Assembly: GCA_028534125.1 (NCBI GenBank)
Contig: CM052818.1
Coordinates: 7,814,001 to 7,878,000, forward strand
Direction: 5' to 3'
DNA length: 64,000 nucleotides
DNA from: Lama glama
Taxonomy: Eukaryota
Part shown: positions 23,916 to 36,650 of the stretch, in pieces
How positions within the stretch are numbered: the stretch's first letter is position 1
Layout of the letters: every line of letters starts with the position of its first letter
Program-made: the position numbers and the translations under genes
Notes under the pieces: model-generated
Told to the model about the DNA's origin: nothing
What the model saw: the letters and a program-made list of their open reading frames with translations, nothing else
Database searches by the model: none

Positions 23916-25605
23916 TAAAAGCTATTTTTGGCAAACCTATGGCCAACCTAATACTCAATGGTGAAAAGGTGAAAGCATTCCCGCTAAAATTTGGAACAAG
24001 ACAAGGATGCATATTCTCACCACTTCTATTCAACATAGTATTGGAAGTCCTAGCTGCAGCAATGAGACAAGAAAAAGTAATAAAAGGTATCCAAATCGGA
24101 AGGGAAGAGGTAAAATTTGTCATTATATGCAGATAACATGATACTATATATAGAAAACCCTAAAGATCCCACCAAAGCTATTAGAAATGATAAATTTAGC
24201 AATGTAGCAGGATACAAGATTAACATACAGAAATCTGTTGCATTTCTTTACACAAATAATGAAATATCAGAAAAGGAAAGTAGAAAAAAATCCCTTTTAA
24301 AACTACATTCAAAAGAATAAAATACTTAGGAATAAACCTGATGAAAGAGGTGAAAGACTTATATATATCCTGAAAATTATAAAACATTGATAGAGGAAAC
24401 TGAAGGTGCTTTAAAGAAATGGGAAGATATCCCATGCTCTGGGATGAAATGGGAGAAAATATTTGCAAGCAATGCAGTCAACAAGGGATTAATTTCCAAA
24501 ATATACAAACAGCTCACAGAACTCAATATTCAAAAAAAAAAAAAAAAGCCAAACAACCCAACCAAAAAATGGGCAGAAGACCTAAATAGACATTGATCCA
24601 AAGAAGACATACAGATGGCCAATAGGCAGATGAAAAGATGCTCAACATTGGTAATTATCAGAGAAATGCAAATCAAAACTACAGTGAAGTATCACCTCAC
24701 ATTGATCAGAATTAAAAAGTCTACAAATAATAAATACTGGAGAGGGTGTGGAGAAAACAGAACCCTCCTACACTGCTGGTGGAAATGTAAATTGATGTGG
24801 CCACTATAGAGAACAGTATGAATGTTCTTTAAATAACTAAAAATAGAGTTGCCATATGATCTAGCAATCCCACTCCTGGCAAAAGATACATGCACCCCAG
24901 TGTTAATAGCAGCACTACTTACAGTAGCCAAGACGTGGAAGCTTCTAAATGTCTATCAACATATGAATGGATAAAGAAGATTTGATATATATGTGTGTGT
25001 GCATACATACACAATGGAATACTACTCAGTCATAAAAAAGAATAAAATAATGCTATTTGCAGCAATACAGGTGGACTTAGAGATTATCATCCTAAGTGAA
25101 GTAAGTCAGACAGAGAAAGATGACAATTATCATCTGATATTATTTATATGTGAAACTTAAAGTATGATACAAGTGAACTTATTTACAAAACAGAAATAGA
25201 CTCACAGACATAGAAAACAAACTTATAGTTACCAAAGGGAATAGAGCGGGCAGGGATAAATTAGGAGTTTGGGCTTAGCAGATACAAACTACTATGTATA
25301 AAATAGATAAACAACAAGATCCTACTGTATAGCACAGGGAACTCTATTCAGTATATTGTAATAATCTATAATGGAATAGAATATGAAAAAGAATTTATAT
25401 ATGTGTAACTGAATCACTTTGCTACACACCAGAAACTAGTACAACATTGTAAATCAACTATACTTCAATTTAAAAAAATAGATGCATGTCTAATAATAAA
25501 TGAAATGTAAATAGGCCACATTAAAAAAGATAACTAACAAATTATGAAAAGTATTCAATATCACTAGTAATCCAATAAATATAAGTTAATGCAAAAAAGA
25601 AAAAA
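23916..25605 (+). mobile_element. 5'-truncated artiodactyl L1 with internal deletion, 3' transduction and 15-bp TSD
   Basis: ORFs [54 protein letters not shown] and [20 protein letters not shown] aagaaattaccacaa at 23901-23915 and 25606-25620. Confidence 0.97.
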
Positions 25606-26032
25606 AAGAAATTACCACAAACTCCAAGGCTTAAAACAAGAGAAATTTACTCTCTGACAGCTCTGGAAGCCATAAGCCTGAAGTCAAGGTGTTGGCAGGG
25701 CTGTGCTCCCTCACTCTGAAGACACTGAAGGATAATCCTTCCTTGCTTCTTCCAGCTTCTGGTGGCCCCAGGTGTTCCATGGCTTGTGGCAGCCCAACTC
25801 CACAATCTCTGACCCTATCTTCACATGGCTTTTTCCTCCATGTTTCTGTATCTTTCTTCTCTTCTGTTTCTTAAATGGGCAGTGTCATTGGATTTAGTGC
25901 CCACCCTAATTGAGGATGATCTCATCTCAAGATCCTTAATTATATCTGCAAAGATCTTTTCTCCAAATAAGGTCACATTTGCAGGTTCCAGGTGGACGTA
26001 TCTTTTTGGGAGCCACTACTCAACACACTACA
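25606..26032 (-). mobile_element. MLT1B/C MaLR LTR (target of the L1 insertion; a few bases also at about 23893-23915)
   Basis: aattaccacaaact...ggcttaaaacaagagaaatttactctctgacagctctggaagcc...ccttccttgcttcttccagcttctggtggc...ccaaataaggtcacatt...caacacactaca. Confidence 0.9.
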
Positions 26033-26076
26033 ATATCATAGTTTATCCAGTCACCTTATAATAGACATTTGAATTA

Positions 26077-26132
26077 ATTTCTTTCTTTTCTTCTTTTTTC
26101 TTTCTTTCTTTCTTTTCTTTTCTTTCTTTTTT
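26077..26132. repeat. (TTTC)n-like low-complexity pyrimidine tract
   Basis: tttctttcttttcttcttttttctttctttcttttcttttc... Confidence 0.85.
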
Positions 26133-27789
26133 GGTTACTATGAATAAAGCTGCTGTGAATATTCTTGTACAAGACTTTTTTGGAATATGTTTTCAGATTC
26201 CCAGTTTTTGAATTCCAGTTCTAATTATCTTAATATAAGATTTGATTAACTTTTCTTTCTAGTGATAATTACCCGTAATAACATATTAAATTCTGGCAGT
26301 AATATCTGTAAGAATTGATCAACCTCCATACATCTGTTCTAAATATGTCATATAACTGAAAGCATAATACTGCCAAGAGACAAGATATGGAATTCTAATA
26401 AGTATCTTCATTTTCGTTTCTCAAGATACTATCAAGAAACAAGTTTCAAATCAGTCTCAAAACATTGATTTTAACTCCTTAAAATAGCAGCAATACTTTA
26501 TTAAAGTAGAAAACAAAAACAGAAACATAGCTTGACTCTATTCTGTCACTTTTGTTTTGTTATGATACTTTCCTTAGTGCTTGCAGCCATCACCTAGGCT
26601 AAATTTGATACATTTATCTCATTATGGGTGTGACTAACATGGAACACTCCACTGGAATGAATTTAAATGCAGCTGCTTAACAAACAAAGCCATCCATATG
26701 GGCTGTTCTACCCTTAGATTCTGATAGGTCCAACCTTATCAGAACTACTGGGACGTCATTCAGAGATTTTCTGCCTGTGTGGCTGGCTGCTTCTCTACAA
26801 TGAAAGCTTCTGGGACGGGAGGAAGTCTGTGTCATTCGTCTGTGTATCCTCCAACTCCAGGCCCAGCTCAATGCTTTCTTAACCTTCTAAGTGTTTCCTG
26901 ACTAATAGTGCCTGTGAATAAGAAATAAGAAGGAAGTTGCTGATAACTCTACTCTTCATAGCAGAGCAATTCCAGTTAATGAAATTTCTTAGAAATTGTT
27001 TTAATAAGCGATTGCTTTTTTTAAATCTATTGGAAAGTCTTCAAGAGTATTATTTATTACACTGGTAGTTTCTTATTGAATATTTGCTTCATTTATTCAG
27101 CAATTCTAGGAACTGGTGATTGGCTACATTATTCATTTGTAAAAGTAATTTAAAATACTACTCAGGCCTTGATGACACTTGGCAAGTGGAACAGAGAAAA
27201 GCAGAGAGGTTTTATTATACTTTTGATAAAGCTTAAAAATGGTCCTGTAAAATGGTTTGGAGTTTTAAAAATAGGAACAAAATTATGTAATGTGCTCTGT
27301 CGCTACCGCCCCAGTCTTTTGCAATGTCTGTAAATCGAAAAAGCTTACTTAACTTTTTTGAAAAGTGTAGCTACAACTGCACTGTTTTGGAATATAATTA
27401 CTTTCAAACATTTGGGTGGATAAATTTGGAATTTTCACTAATCCTAATTTTCCACTTTTACTTTATTCTGCCCCTTTGATTTTCATTTTCATTTTAATAG
27501 GCTTATTGCTGAAATCAGGTGTGACAAAGTACTCTATTGAAATCATAATTTCTTCACTTTTGACACAATTATCCACAGGATAAGGTTTAACAGAAGAGAC
27601 AATGAAGACTATGACAACACAGTCAAGTGCAAGACAGTGTAACTTAACAGTGCGTTTTTAAAAGATAATGTAAGTGCTACTTTTAAAACCACAATTTCAA
27701 AATCAAATGAGGCATTTTGAAGGCATTTCGTATGTATCATTATTTACCAGGTTGTTTTATTAGCCACACTTTTAAACCTGCTCTTCTAG

Positions 27790-28245
27790 TTTGGGAGTAT
27801 TTTCAACTACACATTACAGACTAATAGATCTTAAGCAAGAGGGACTTATTTGTCCACCATAACAAGAAGCCCAGAATAGCTGTCTGCTGGCATTGGTTTG
27901 GCAGCTTAAGGTAAGGGCTTAGATTGGTAGCTCTGTGATTCCATTTGCCTTCGCTTCATAGTCACAAGATAGAATCAAAAGCTCCAAGAATCACAGCCAT
28001 TTTCAAAGGCAGGAAGCAGGGGACAATACTGGAGCTTTATGCTTGCTTCTTTTTTACTAGGAAAGACATATCTTTCTCAAATCATCTATCCAATAGTTTC
28101 CCCCTTGCATTTCATTGATCATAATGGTGTCACATGACTATCTCTAGCTGTAGAGGAGACGGAGAAAATGAATGTCTACTTCTACCTCTAATTAGAGGGA
28201 GGCAAGGGAGAAGGGATGGGGAATGACTTTTGGGTTTAACTAATC
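27790..28245 (-). mobile_element. MLT1K/L-like LTR
   Basis: cataacaagaagcccaga...cttcatagtcacaagat...tgtcacatgactatctctagctgtagaggagacggagaaaatgaat. Confidence 0.7.
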
Positions 28246-28479
28246 ACATCTTGCATATACTATGTATTTGGTAACCATTTGTTAAGTGAATTAACAGGTG
28301 ATCCACAATGTTCAGCAGAGCCAGAGTTCAGATATATGCCCACCCATTATCTTTCCCATTAAATTTACACATTCCTCATTTGTTTAGAAACATGAGGAGA
28401 GGCTATACTACTTATCTTAAGCACATGGAATGCACTAGTATTTGCTCTGTAACTGGGTAGAGAAGTAGGAATTGCTCAC

Positions 28480-29130
28480 ATTCATCTATTTACTCAAGAA
28501 ATATTTACTGCGTGCCTACCTTGTGCCAGACATTATTCTGGAGTTATGAAATATATTTGTGAACAAAACATAAAGTTCTGTCCTTGAGGAAGCCTACATT
28601 CTAACAGAGCATATTGACATTTTAACATGATTTTAAGAGGTGAATTGGATTTTCATAAATACACACAATTGGGAAACACATTTCATTCAAAGGGAACAAC
28701 TTGAGCAAAGACATGGAAATATGAATATATGTGTTCTATTTCGGGAGCATCAAGTAGCTCCATGGAGCATAGAATACATGGTGAGGGATGAAAAGGCAGG
28801 TTACTGTCAGGTTGTAAAGGGTTATGTGCAGGGCAAAGTGAATTTTGCAAGATCAAAACTAGCATCTCTCACAGTCAGTACCAAAGCTTACTATCTTCAC
28901 TTGGAGGTTCTACAGACATCCTGAACTTACCATATACCAAGTGATCTCATTATATTTCTCCTGAAACCTGCTCTTATTCCTATGTTTTCTGACTTGGTTT
29001 AGGCCTTCACCATTTCTCTTCTGGGCTGTTGCCTTTATCTCCTGCCTTAGTCTTCCCACTCTTCTAATCCATCTTTTCAGCTACTTTAGAAGTGATTTTT
29101 CCAAAATGTATATAATCTGAGTTCATATTA
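28480..29130. mobile_element. Two L2 fragments in opposite orientation (about 28480-28830 minus, 28860-29130 plus)
   Basis: ttactcaagaaatatttactgcgtgcctaccttgtgccagacatt; ctcctgaaacctgctcttattcctatgtt...tctaatccatctttt. Confidence 0.7.
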
Positions 29131-29186
29131 AATCCAGATTAGAAAATATTTGTAAATTTGGTGAAGGGGGAGACTGAGGAGGGGGT

Positions 29187-29710
29187 TTATATTAGTTTTC
29201 TATTGCTGTGTAATAAATTACCACAAATTTTAGAGGCTTAAGACAACACACATTTACTGTTTCACTTTCAGGAGTCTGGCACAATTTAGCTGGGTCTTCT
29301 GCCTAGAGTCTTATAAGGCTACTAGTGGCAGTAGGGCTGTGTTCTCATCTGAAGGCTTGACTAGGGGAAAAAAAATCTACTTCTAAGCTTGCTCAGGTTG
29401 TGGGCAGAATTCATTTGTTTGTAGTTATACAACTCAGAGGCCCACTTTATCCTGGCTATTGGCTAAAGCCACCCACAATTCCTTACCATGTAGCCTTTCT
29501 CAGCATGGCTGCTTACTTCATCAGACCAGCAAGGAGAGCCTCTAGAGTGAGACATTGCTTGCAAGACAGAGCAATGTGATCATGGGAGTGACAGCCAATC
29601 ACCTTTGCTATACTCTATTCATTATAAGCAAGTTACAGGGGCATGAACACCAGAGATGTGAACACCAAGAGGTAAAGATCATGGAGAGCCACCTTAACAT
29701 CTATTTGTCA
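29187..29710 (-). mobile_element. MLT1E-like LTR
   Basis: tattagttttctattgctgtgtaataaattaccacaaa...gggcagaattcatttg...atcatgggagtgacagccaatcacctttgc...catggagagccacctta. Confidence 0.9.
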
Positions 29711-30069
29711 CAATACTCTCATAGTCTTCTCTATCCTCAGTATCTGCTCAATGGGCACTGTCTCTGGGAAAGATCTTGAAGCAAAGCTTAGTATCTGCCA
29801 AAACAAACAAAAAAACAACCACTCAAAGTGTTTGTTAGTATTTTATGGAAGATATAGGAACACTGCCTTTGGCTATTTTGCTTGCTTCTCTCACCTCTGT
29901 CTCATTTCCCTACAGTTGTCCTAGGGAATTCCTTCTTCTGGAAAGCATAGCTTTCCACTCACAAATGTATGCAGCCAAATCTCTTCAGGGCCTCAGCAAA
30001 ACAAATTTAATTCATGCTATTTAGAAGGCAGTAAGGGATTAAAATAGAAAACCTTTTTTCCCCTGTTAT

Positions 30070-30690
30070 ATCCAAATCTGATCCTGTTTCTCCTTTCTGT
30101 AAAAAGCCCTTTAATGGTTCTGTATTGCTGCACAATGAAATATGGAATACGTTTGAATTTCCAAGTATGACAAATTAGACCCCTCCCTTATCTGGCCTTT
30201 GCATGGTTTCTGGGCATACCCCACTTGCACTGCAGTGCCCATGTTTCAGGGAACTATTTTATAGGCTGATTTATAACTCAGGAACTTGACTTACATTGTT
30301 CGTTCTCCCTACAATGACAGTCTACCTCCTCCCCTTCTGTCACTCCTTCCCCTAAACATCCACTTCAGTATTATTTCCTCTATGAAGCTTTTCTGTATCT
30401 CTTTTGCACTCACAGTACCTTGTACAAACAGATATTAATGTTTAAAACTTCCGTAATTTTTTTACATGCCTGTGTTTTTTTTTTTTTTTATGAAACTGTA
30501 AACCTCTTGAGGAGGTTGTCCTATGAGAAGAGAGACATAGGTCACCACAGCAGGAGAGAAGTGACAGCTGGAGTAGATGTTTAAAGGTAATTAACATGTA
30601 AGATAGTATTTGAAATCATGAGAGTAGATGGTCATCCAGAAGAGTATAGAAAAGGACAGATCAGTATGGTATAGAACCTCTAATTAAGAA
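30070..30690. mobile_element. L2 fragments (about 30070-30520 plus, 30570-30690 minus)
   Basis: aaatctgatcctgtttctcc...aaagccctttaatggttc; aactgtaaacctcttgagg; atagtatttgaaatcatgagagtagatg. Confidence 0.6.
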
Positions 30691-33058
30691 GCTCAATGAA
30701 GTGTAAAACCAACTTTGTATTTGCAGTTTCCCTTGGCCTTTTGGTACTATTTTATATATTGCTTTTTTAAAAAAAAATCAGTTTTTTTCTTTGTTACATT
30801 GATTAGCCCAGTGTTGTAGAGTGGTTTGGAGTCTGACTACAGTCTAAATAAGGCATACTATAGATAAAAAGTTTTCACTTAAAGAAAAAAATATTTCTTA
30901 TGAAGGAATTACATTTTTTAAAACATTAAATAAAATATTCTATTTTTCATAATTTGGGCAACTTGAATGATTTTTCAATATCCTCCCAGTTTCATTTCAG
31001 TAAATTCCTATTCTAAATAACATTTCTATTAAAGACTGTAACATAAAAGCTCACAGTTTTGTGACCTGAGACTATTTTATTGAAATGAGTACTGAATGTA
31101 TTAATGTTCAAAAATAACAGTATAATTTCTTCAGATTTTATATAGTCACTCTTTGTAATAACTTAACAAGGATATTGAACACCTTTGGCTCTATTGCTGC
31201 CTTTGCTGGTTTGCTTTCTTTCTAACTGATGGCTTCCATATGCTATTTGTGAACTTCATCAGTCCAGAGTAATATTATTTCCTGAGATTTAATTTTTTAA
31301 TTTTGAAAGCCCTATCATTTAGAATTAAATTTCAAGCAAAACTCATCTTAGCTTTAATGTAGAGCAGTTCTATTTCCAGTATTACTTCCTTCAAAATAAG
31401 TTTGTTGTTAAATTACTCACAATTTGACATGTAAGGTAAATTGTGATAAAACTTGGAGAGAGGAAAAATACAGTGGTTTAAAACTTATTAATTTTTTTGT
31501 TAATGTGTTTGACAGGGATTAGTAAAAGTCTTTTATATATTATTAAGAGTAGACGAGTTCTGTATTAATAATTTACAGTACATTCTTATTAGACTGTTCT
31601 CAAATTACTTTGAAATGAAATGGAGGATATTATGTAACAAACTTCCTGTGGTTCTGTCCCTCACAAATAGTGGGAATTGGTGTGCTTTCCTTCACCCCTG
31701 TTCCCATGTGGCAGGACTTCCCCAGAGTAACACTCTGACCTCTTACACCACCTGGTTAGTGGCTGACAACCATGAATCCACAGATTGTAAGTGAGTAAAG
31801 TTAATCTATTAAAAAGAACATAAGTACATAAACTTTCAGCCCTGGACCAGACAGAGGCAGTCTCAGGCTCTGTTCAGGGTTTGGTTTGGAGGCAGGAATT
31901 AGGGTGGTGTTGGGCAGAATATGTCAAGGAATATTAGCAAGTTTATTTGGCCCCTCAGCCCTAATCCTCATTCCCCAAACAGCTTTATCAATAATAAAGG
32001 AGATATTTCGACCTCTAACTGCCTAACTCCAACTGTAGTCACGAAGCAACCTTCGAGTTGTGAAATTCAGTGACTCTGAATGGAATCTGCTAAGTGTATT
32101 CACTGAACATATAGGTTCCCAACAGAAAACAGTATGGTCAAAAGTATATCTACTTCTTGATCAAAATGGGTGGAATTGACACTTTCCTTTCTATAAGAGA
32201 GAATAAAACCACTTAAATTTGATATGACTTGGCCAGCTTTCATTTTGCTCCTGTTTCCAGAGTCACCTTGGTGTGGACTCTACATGTGCTCCTGTCACAT
32301 GACAAGGAGAAAGGCCTGAAGAAGAGGAGGTTAGAAAAAGAGAACTGTTCCACCATGACCCTTAAGACTTCTGCTAAGTCATTCTAGCTGCTCACCGATA
32401 TATTTTGCAAAGTGGGGATCTGGCTACCTTGCAGTTAGAAGGATAAGGCACATCCATGAAATTGTAATGTGAGAGTCTGGCCTGTTCTCCAGGACATTTC
32501 TATGCCTCCAAAAGCCTGGAATAGAAACTAACAAAGATGTTTCTCCTTAATGTGCTTGGAAAGACATGGTATCAGCCCTGCTCTGGGTATGAAAGGGAGA
32601 CTTGAGCCAGATATAATTTTATAGTTAGTCACAATCACCTTACCAAGTATAATATCATCTAGGATAAACCTGCTTTTGAATGAAAATGTCCTGCAAAGGC
32701 AGCGATATTTCAATTCAAAGCCAATTTTTCTCACTCTGTCACATGTTGTTTTCTGGCGGTGAAAGAGATGCGAATATAGGCGATTGGAAGAACAATGTGA
32801 ACTAAGTATAAAAACACAGCATTTAACTGTCAGTGATGTTACGTACATATCTAAAACTAAATACCAAAATTACGTGTATTTGTGTATAATAATTTAAATT
32901 CCCAAAGCCTGTCTGAAAATGCCTTACCTGTAGTTGAATGCTGAATTTAGTATGTGGTGAGTGAAATTGAGGGAGAGCTCAAGCCGGAGCGGTAACCTAC
33001 TCAGTCATTTAAAATAGGTGAGCTACTAGGAATTAGCTTACTTTTTTTCCTTATTGTC

Positions 33059-33413
33059 TACTATAGACTGAATATTTGTGTCCAAAATTCGTATGTTGAA
33101 ACCTAATCCCCAAAATCATGATGTTTGAAGGTGGAGCTCTTGGCAGCTAATTATGTCATGAAAGTGGAGACCTTGTGAATGCAATTAGTGCCCTTATAAA
33201 ACAGACTCCAGACACCTCTCTCCCCACTTCTGCCTTGTAAGGACACAGGAAAAGACTGCCATCTATGAACCAGGAAGCAGAATCTCACTAGACATTGAGT
33301 CTGCCGGTGCCTTAATCTTGGACTTGTCAGCCTCCAGAACTGTGAGAAATAAATTTCAGTTGATTATAAGCCCAGACTATGATATTTTGTTATAGCAGTC
33401 TGAATAAATAAAA
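33059..33413 (+). mobile_element. MLT1A/A0 MaLR LTR
   Basis: actgaatatttgtgtccaaaattcgtatgttgaaacctaatcccc...attagtgcccttataaaa...gccatctatgaaccaggaagc...cagcctccagaactgtgagaaataaattt. Confidence 0.92.
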
Positions 33414-34779
33414 AGTTAAGGATTACAATAGATGGTAAGTGCTGGCAAGTTATGTCACTCACTACTCAAAGTTACTTAGGCAAAGACCCAAAATTTTCAA
33501 ATTTTGATTTATGCTAGTTCTAAATTACTTAACAATATAGTATGAAAAGATGAAACTTTTCTGGTTTCCACTATGCCAATTCTACCAGAAAGAAATACCA
33601 CACTATTTTTAGCATTTATTTCATATGTTTATTGCTTGCAATAAATTTGCAAATTTACTGCAGGCAATACATCTGATGAACAAATTTATTATTTTTTTCA
33701 GTATTAAATTATAAACTCTTTTTCCTTGTATGTTTGAAATTTATAGCATTGTCTGCTCTCAGCATTGGTATCTCTGTCGAGTAATGAATGTCAGAGTGAA
33801 AATGTTAGAATCCTATGAGATATATATAGTTTCTTATAGAAGCTTAGTGATAAATTTCTAATGATAATTAATGGTAAACATCAATAATTTTAAAAGTAAA
33901 TGCTGGTGTCTCTTCTGTAAATGTCTCTTCTGACCACTCTTGAAGTGTCTGTGTTACTCCGTGTATAGATAGCTTTCAAGGTTTGCACCTTTGAAATGTC
34001 AGGGTCTCTAGAAAAGCTATAAAGGATCTAACTACAAAGAGAAAACCTTGAGCTTTTTGTGTTATGACTATGAGAAAGGGTTCACTTCATGAACAAATTT
34101 AAGTATGAAATCTAGTGTTTCAGTTGGTTAAAGTTTGGGTAGAATGCTCTATGCTCATAATAATGTCCTAAGCTACTTCCAATAAGTGGTTAAGAATATC
34201 CTAAAGAAATCTAAGAATTAGCATTTTTCAGAACTCTTGCTCCATCTCTTTTAGGTGGAAGGAACAGAATACATTTCCACTTTTTAAAAGCTATATAGGC
34301 TAATGACAATATAAAGAATTTTTCCAATAGACATTTGCTGGACTAGGTGTAATTCAGCAAAATTCTTAGGTGAGAAGCTGTGTATACTATACAATTTTAA
34401 AAAATCATCATCTGTAGGAAATGTTCCTACAAGAAACTCAGTCCAATAGTTTTACAATTTTTTACCTTTAATCAGAGCTACATGAAGTTCAGCAAGGCAG
34501 TTCTTTGGGATATTACTCTACTTTAGGATATCTAGAAACCTCATCGTGAGACTAAAATATCGCTGGAGATTCAGAGAAAATTGTGTAAATGGTGTTTGGT
34601 GTTTACGGATTAAAAGAAATGTTTGAGTAAGCTACTTGGGGATACAGGTGGAACCTCCTTTCCATCAGGCATGCTGAGAATACTAAACCATCTTTAACGA
34701 TGATGAAAGTTACACAAGTTTGAGATTAAATCTGAGTTGTTCAGAACAGAGAAGAGGCAATGTACTTGTTCCTTATTAT

Positions 34780-35292
34780 TTTTCATGGTTTTAAGATATA
34801 TCCATAAAGTCTTTGATGCCCCTCCCTCAAAGAGGTGGTACTTACCATCTTTCCGATTTCCTCTGCTTGAGTGTGGACTGGACTTCATAATTTGCTTTTT
34901 ATGAATAGGATATGGCATAAGTGACAATGTATGACTCCTAGGACTAGGTCATAAAAGACATTGTGACTTCCTCCTTGATCTTTCTCTTGGGTCACTTGCT
35001 CTGCGGGAAGCTAGCTCCCATGTCAAGAGGACATTCAGCGTTATTGAAAGGCCCACATGGTGAGGGACTGAGTCTTCTTTTGAGTGAGCCATCTTGGAAG
35101 TAGATCATCCAATCAAGTCAAACCTTCATATGACGACAACCTCACGGACAGCTTAACTACAAAGTCATAACAGATCCTCAGCTCAAACCACCTAGTTAAG
35201 CCTCTCCTCAATTCCTGACCCACAAAAAATGTTCAGATTGTTGTTTTAATATGCTGAGTAATTTGTTATGTAGCAATAGGTAACTAATATAC
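34780..35292 (+). mobile_element. MLT1F-like LTR
   Basis: tctttgatgcccctccctcaaagaggtgg...cttgagtgtggactggactt...gactaggtcataaaagacattgtgacttcc...gtaatttgttatgtagcaataggtaactaata. Confidence 0.88.
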
Positions 35293-36204
35293 TCTTCCTC
35301 TGTTAAATACTTAGCTTTACCTCTAAATAAGTGTTGAATATATATATTTTTAGATATTGCTTTGAAAAGATGCCAAAAGATACCTGGAGTACACCCCTAT
35401 TTCAGCCTGAACTATCCCCCCAATTTTTCTAAATTCATATCTGCTAAGGGCCGTAATCCTGCCAATGTCCTTCTGAACTTCTGATCATTAAATTTTGTTT
35501 ATTTATTCTATCAGGAAAAAAATATAGTTCTCATTACTGTGCTTGATACTGTGGGGAGATAAAAATTGGACAAAATACGATCTCTGTCTTTAAAGAATTT
35601 ACAGGCTGTCGTCACAGGTGACACCATAACAGGAGAGAGAGGGCTTGAGAAAGGCTATTTCCATTGAGTAAGAACCAGAAATGCAATAGTAATGACCTCA
35701 TAACTCATTGGACAAAGTAACATTCTGTCATTCAAATAAAGGGGACATAAGAGCTTGTCAGATGTCTCTCAAATAATTACCAGACCTCAGTTGGAGTTTC
35801 TTAGGATTAAGTTACATTGTATTTAATTGTAAATACCATTTGGATACACTCTAATAAGAGTTTAAATTGTCTTGTTTGGGAGCAAGGAATATCCACAAAG
35901 ACTCTTAGACTTTGGGGTTTTAGGTACCAATACTATATATAATTTTTAATTATAGAAACATGGGTAACTATTTTTTTAACTGAGAACATAAAAATCAAAG
36001 CAAACAAAACTATATCATCATTATTCTACAAAAGAGAACATTTTAATGCTGTTCTCTCCCTGAAATAGAGGAAGGACATGATTTCAGAACAGGGGCAGTT
36101 CATTAAATTAGAGTTTGGCTCACTACATTGCCCTTTTTTTTTTTTATTAAATTTTGCTCTGGGTCAGAGAAAAGCGTACTGACCAATACTCTCTGACCTA
36201 TAAT

Positions 36205-36393
36205 ATGGATTGGTAAACTGCAGGCCCAGGGGCCAAATTTGGCCTTCAGCCTTTAACTGTGGCTCAAGCTAAAAATGGTTTTTACTTTTGTAGATGGTTA
36301 CAATAAAAAAAGAATGAGACAATGACTGGTTGTGGTCCACAAGGCCTAAAATATTTACTCTCTTACCCTTACAGAAAAAGATTGCAAACCTCT
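36205..36393 (-). mobile_element. MER58B-like hAT-Charlie MITE
   Basis: ggtaaactgcaggcccaggggccaaatttggcc...gctaaaaatggtttttac...ggcctaaaatatttactctcttacccttacagaaaaagattgc. Confidence 0.85.
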
Positions 36394-36529
36394 TATCCAA
36401 GTCTGCCTGGAATTAACTCCCTTTAGAAAAGACTCTGATACTGCTACAAACCATTGAGATTACTACAGAGTGGTTATCACCAGTGGGCTAGTGTCAAGGA
36501 AATATTAGACTTGAGGTTACTTTGGTATA

Positions 36530-36650
36530 TTTCTTAAACTTCCACTGTATCTGAGACCTTGGGCAAGTCGCTGAATCTCAGTGAGCCTGTTACCTCATTT
36601 ATAACTTGATAATGGTTGGTCACTTCCAAATCTAAGAGTCTGTTTCTAAA
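36530..36650 (+). mobile_element. MIR/MIR3 fragment
   Basis: tgagaccttgggcaagtcgctgaatctcagtgagcctgttacctcatttataa. Confidence 0.7.

Larger units (their letters stand above)
23500..26195 (-). mobile_element. Old L1 (L1MB/MC-type) 3' end in two parts (about 23500-23892 and 26033-26195)
   Basis: ttttgcctgttcttgaacttcatataag...ttttatggctgagtagtattcattgtatgactataccacag, resuming with tttatccagtcacct...tatgaataaagctgctgtgaatattcttgtacaag. Confidence 0.8.
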
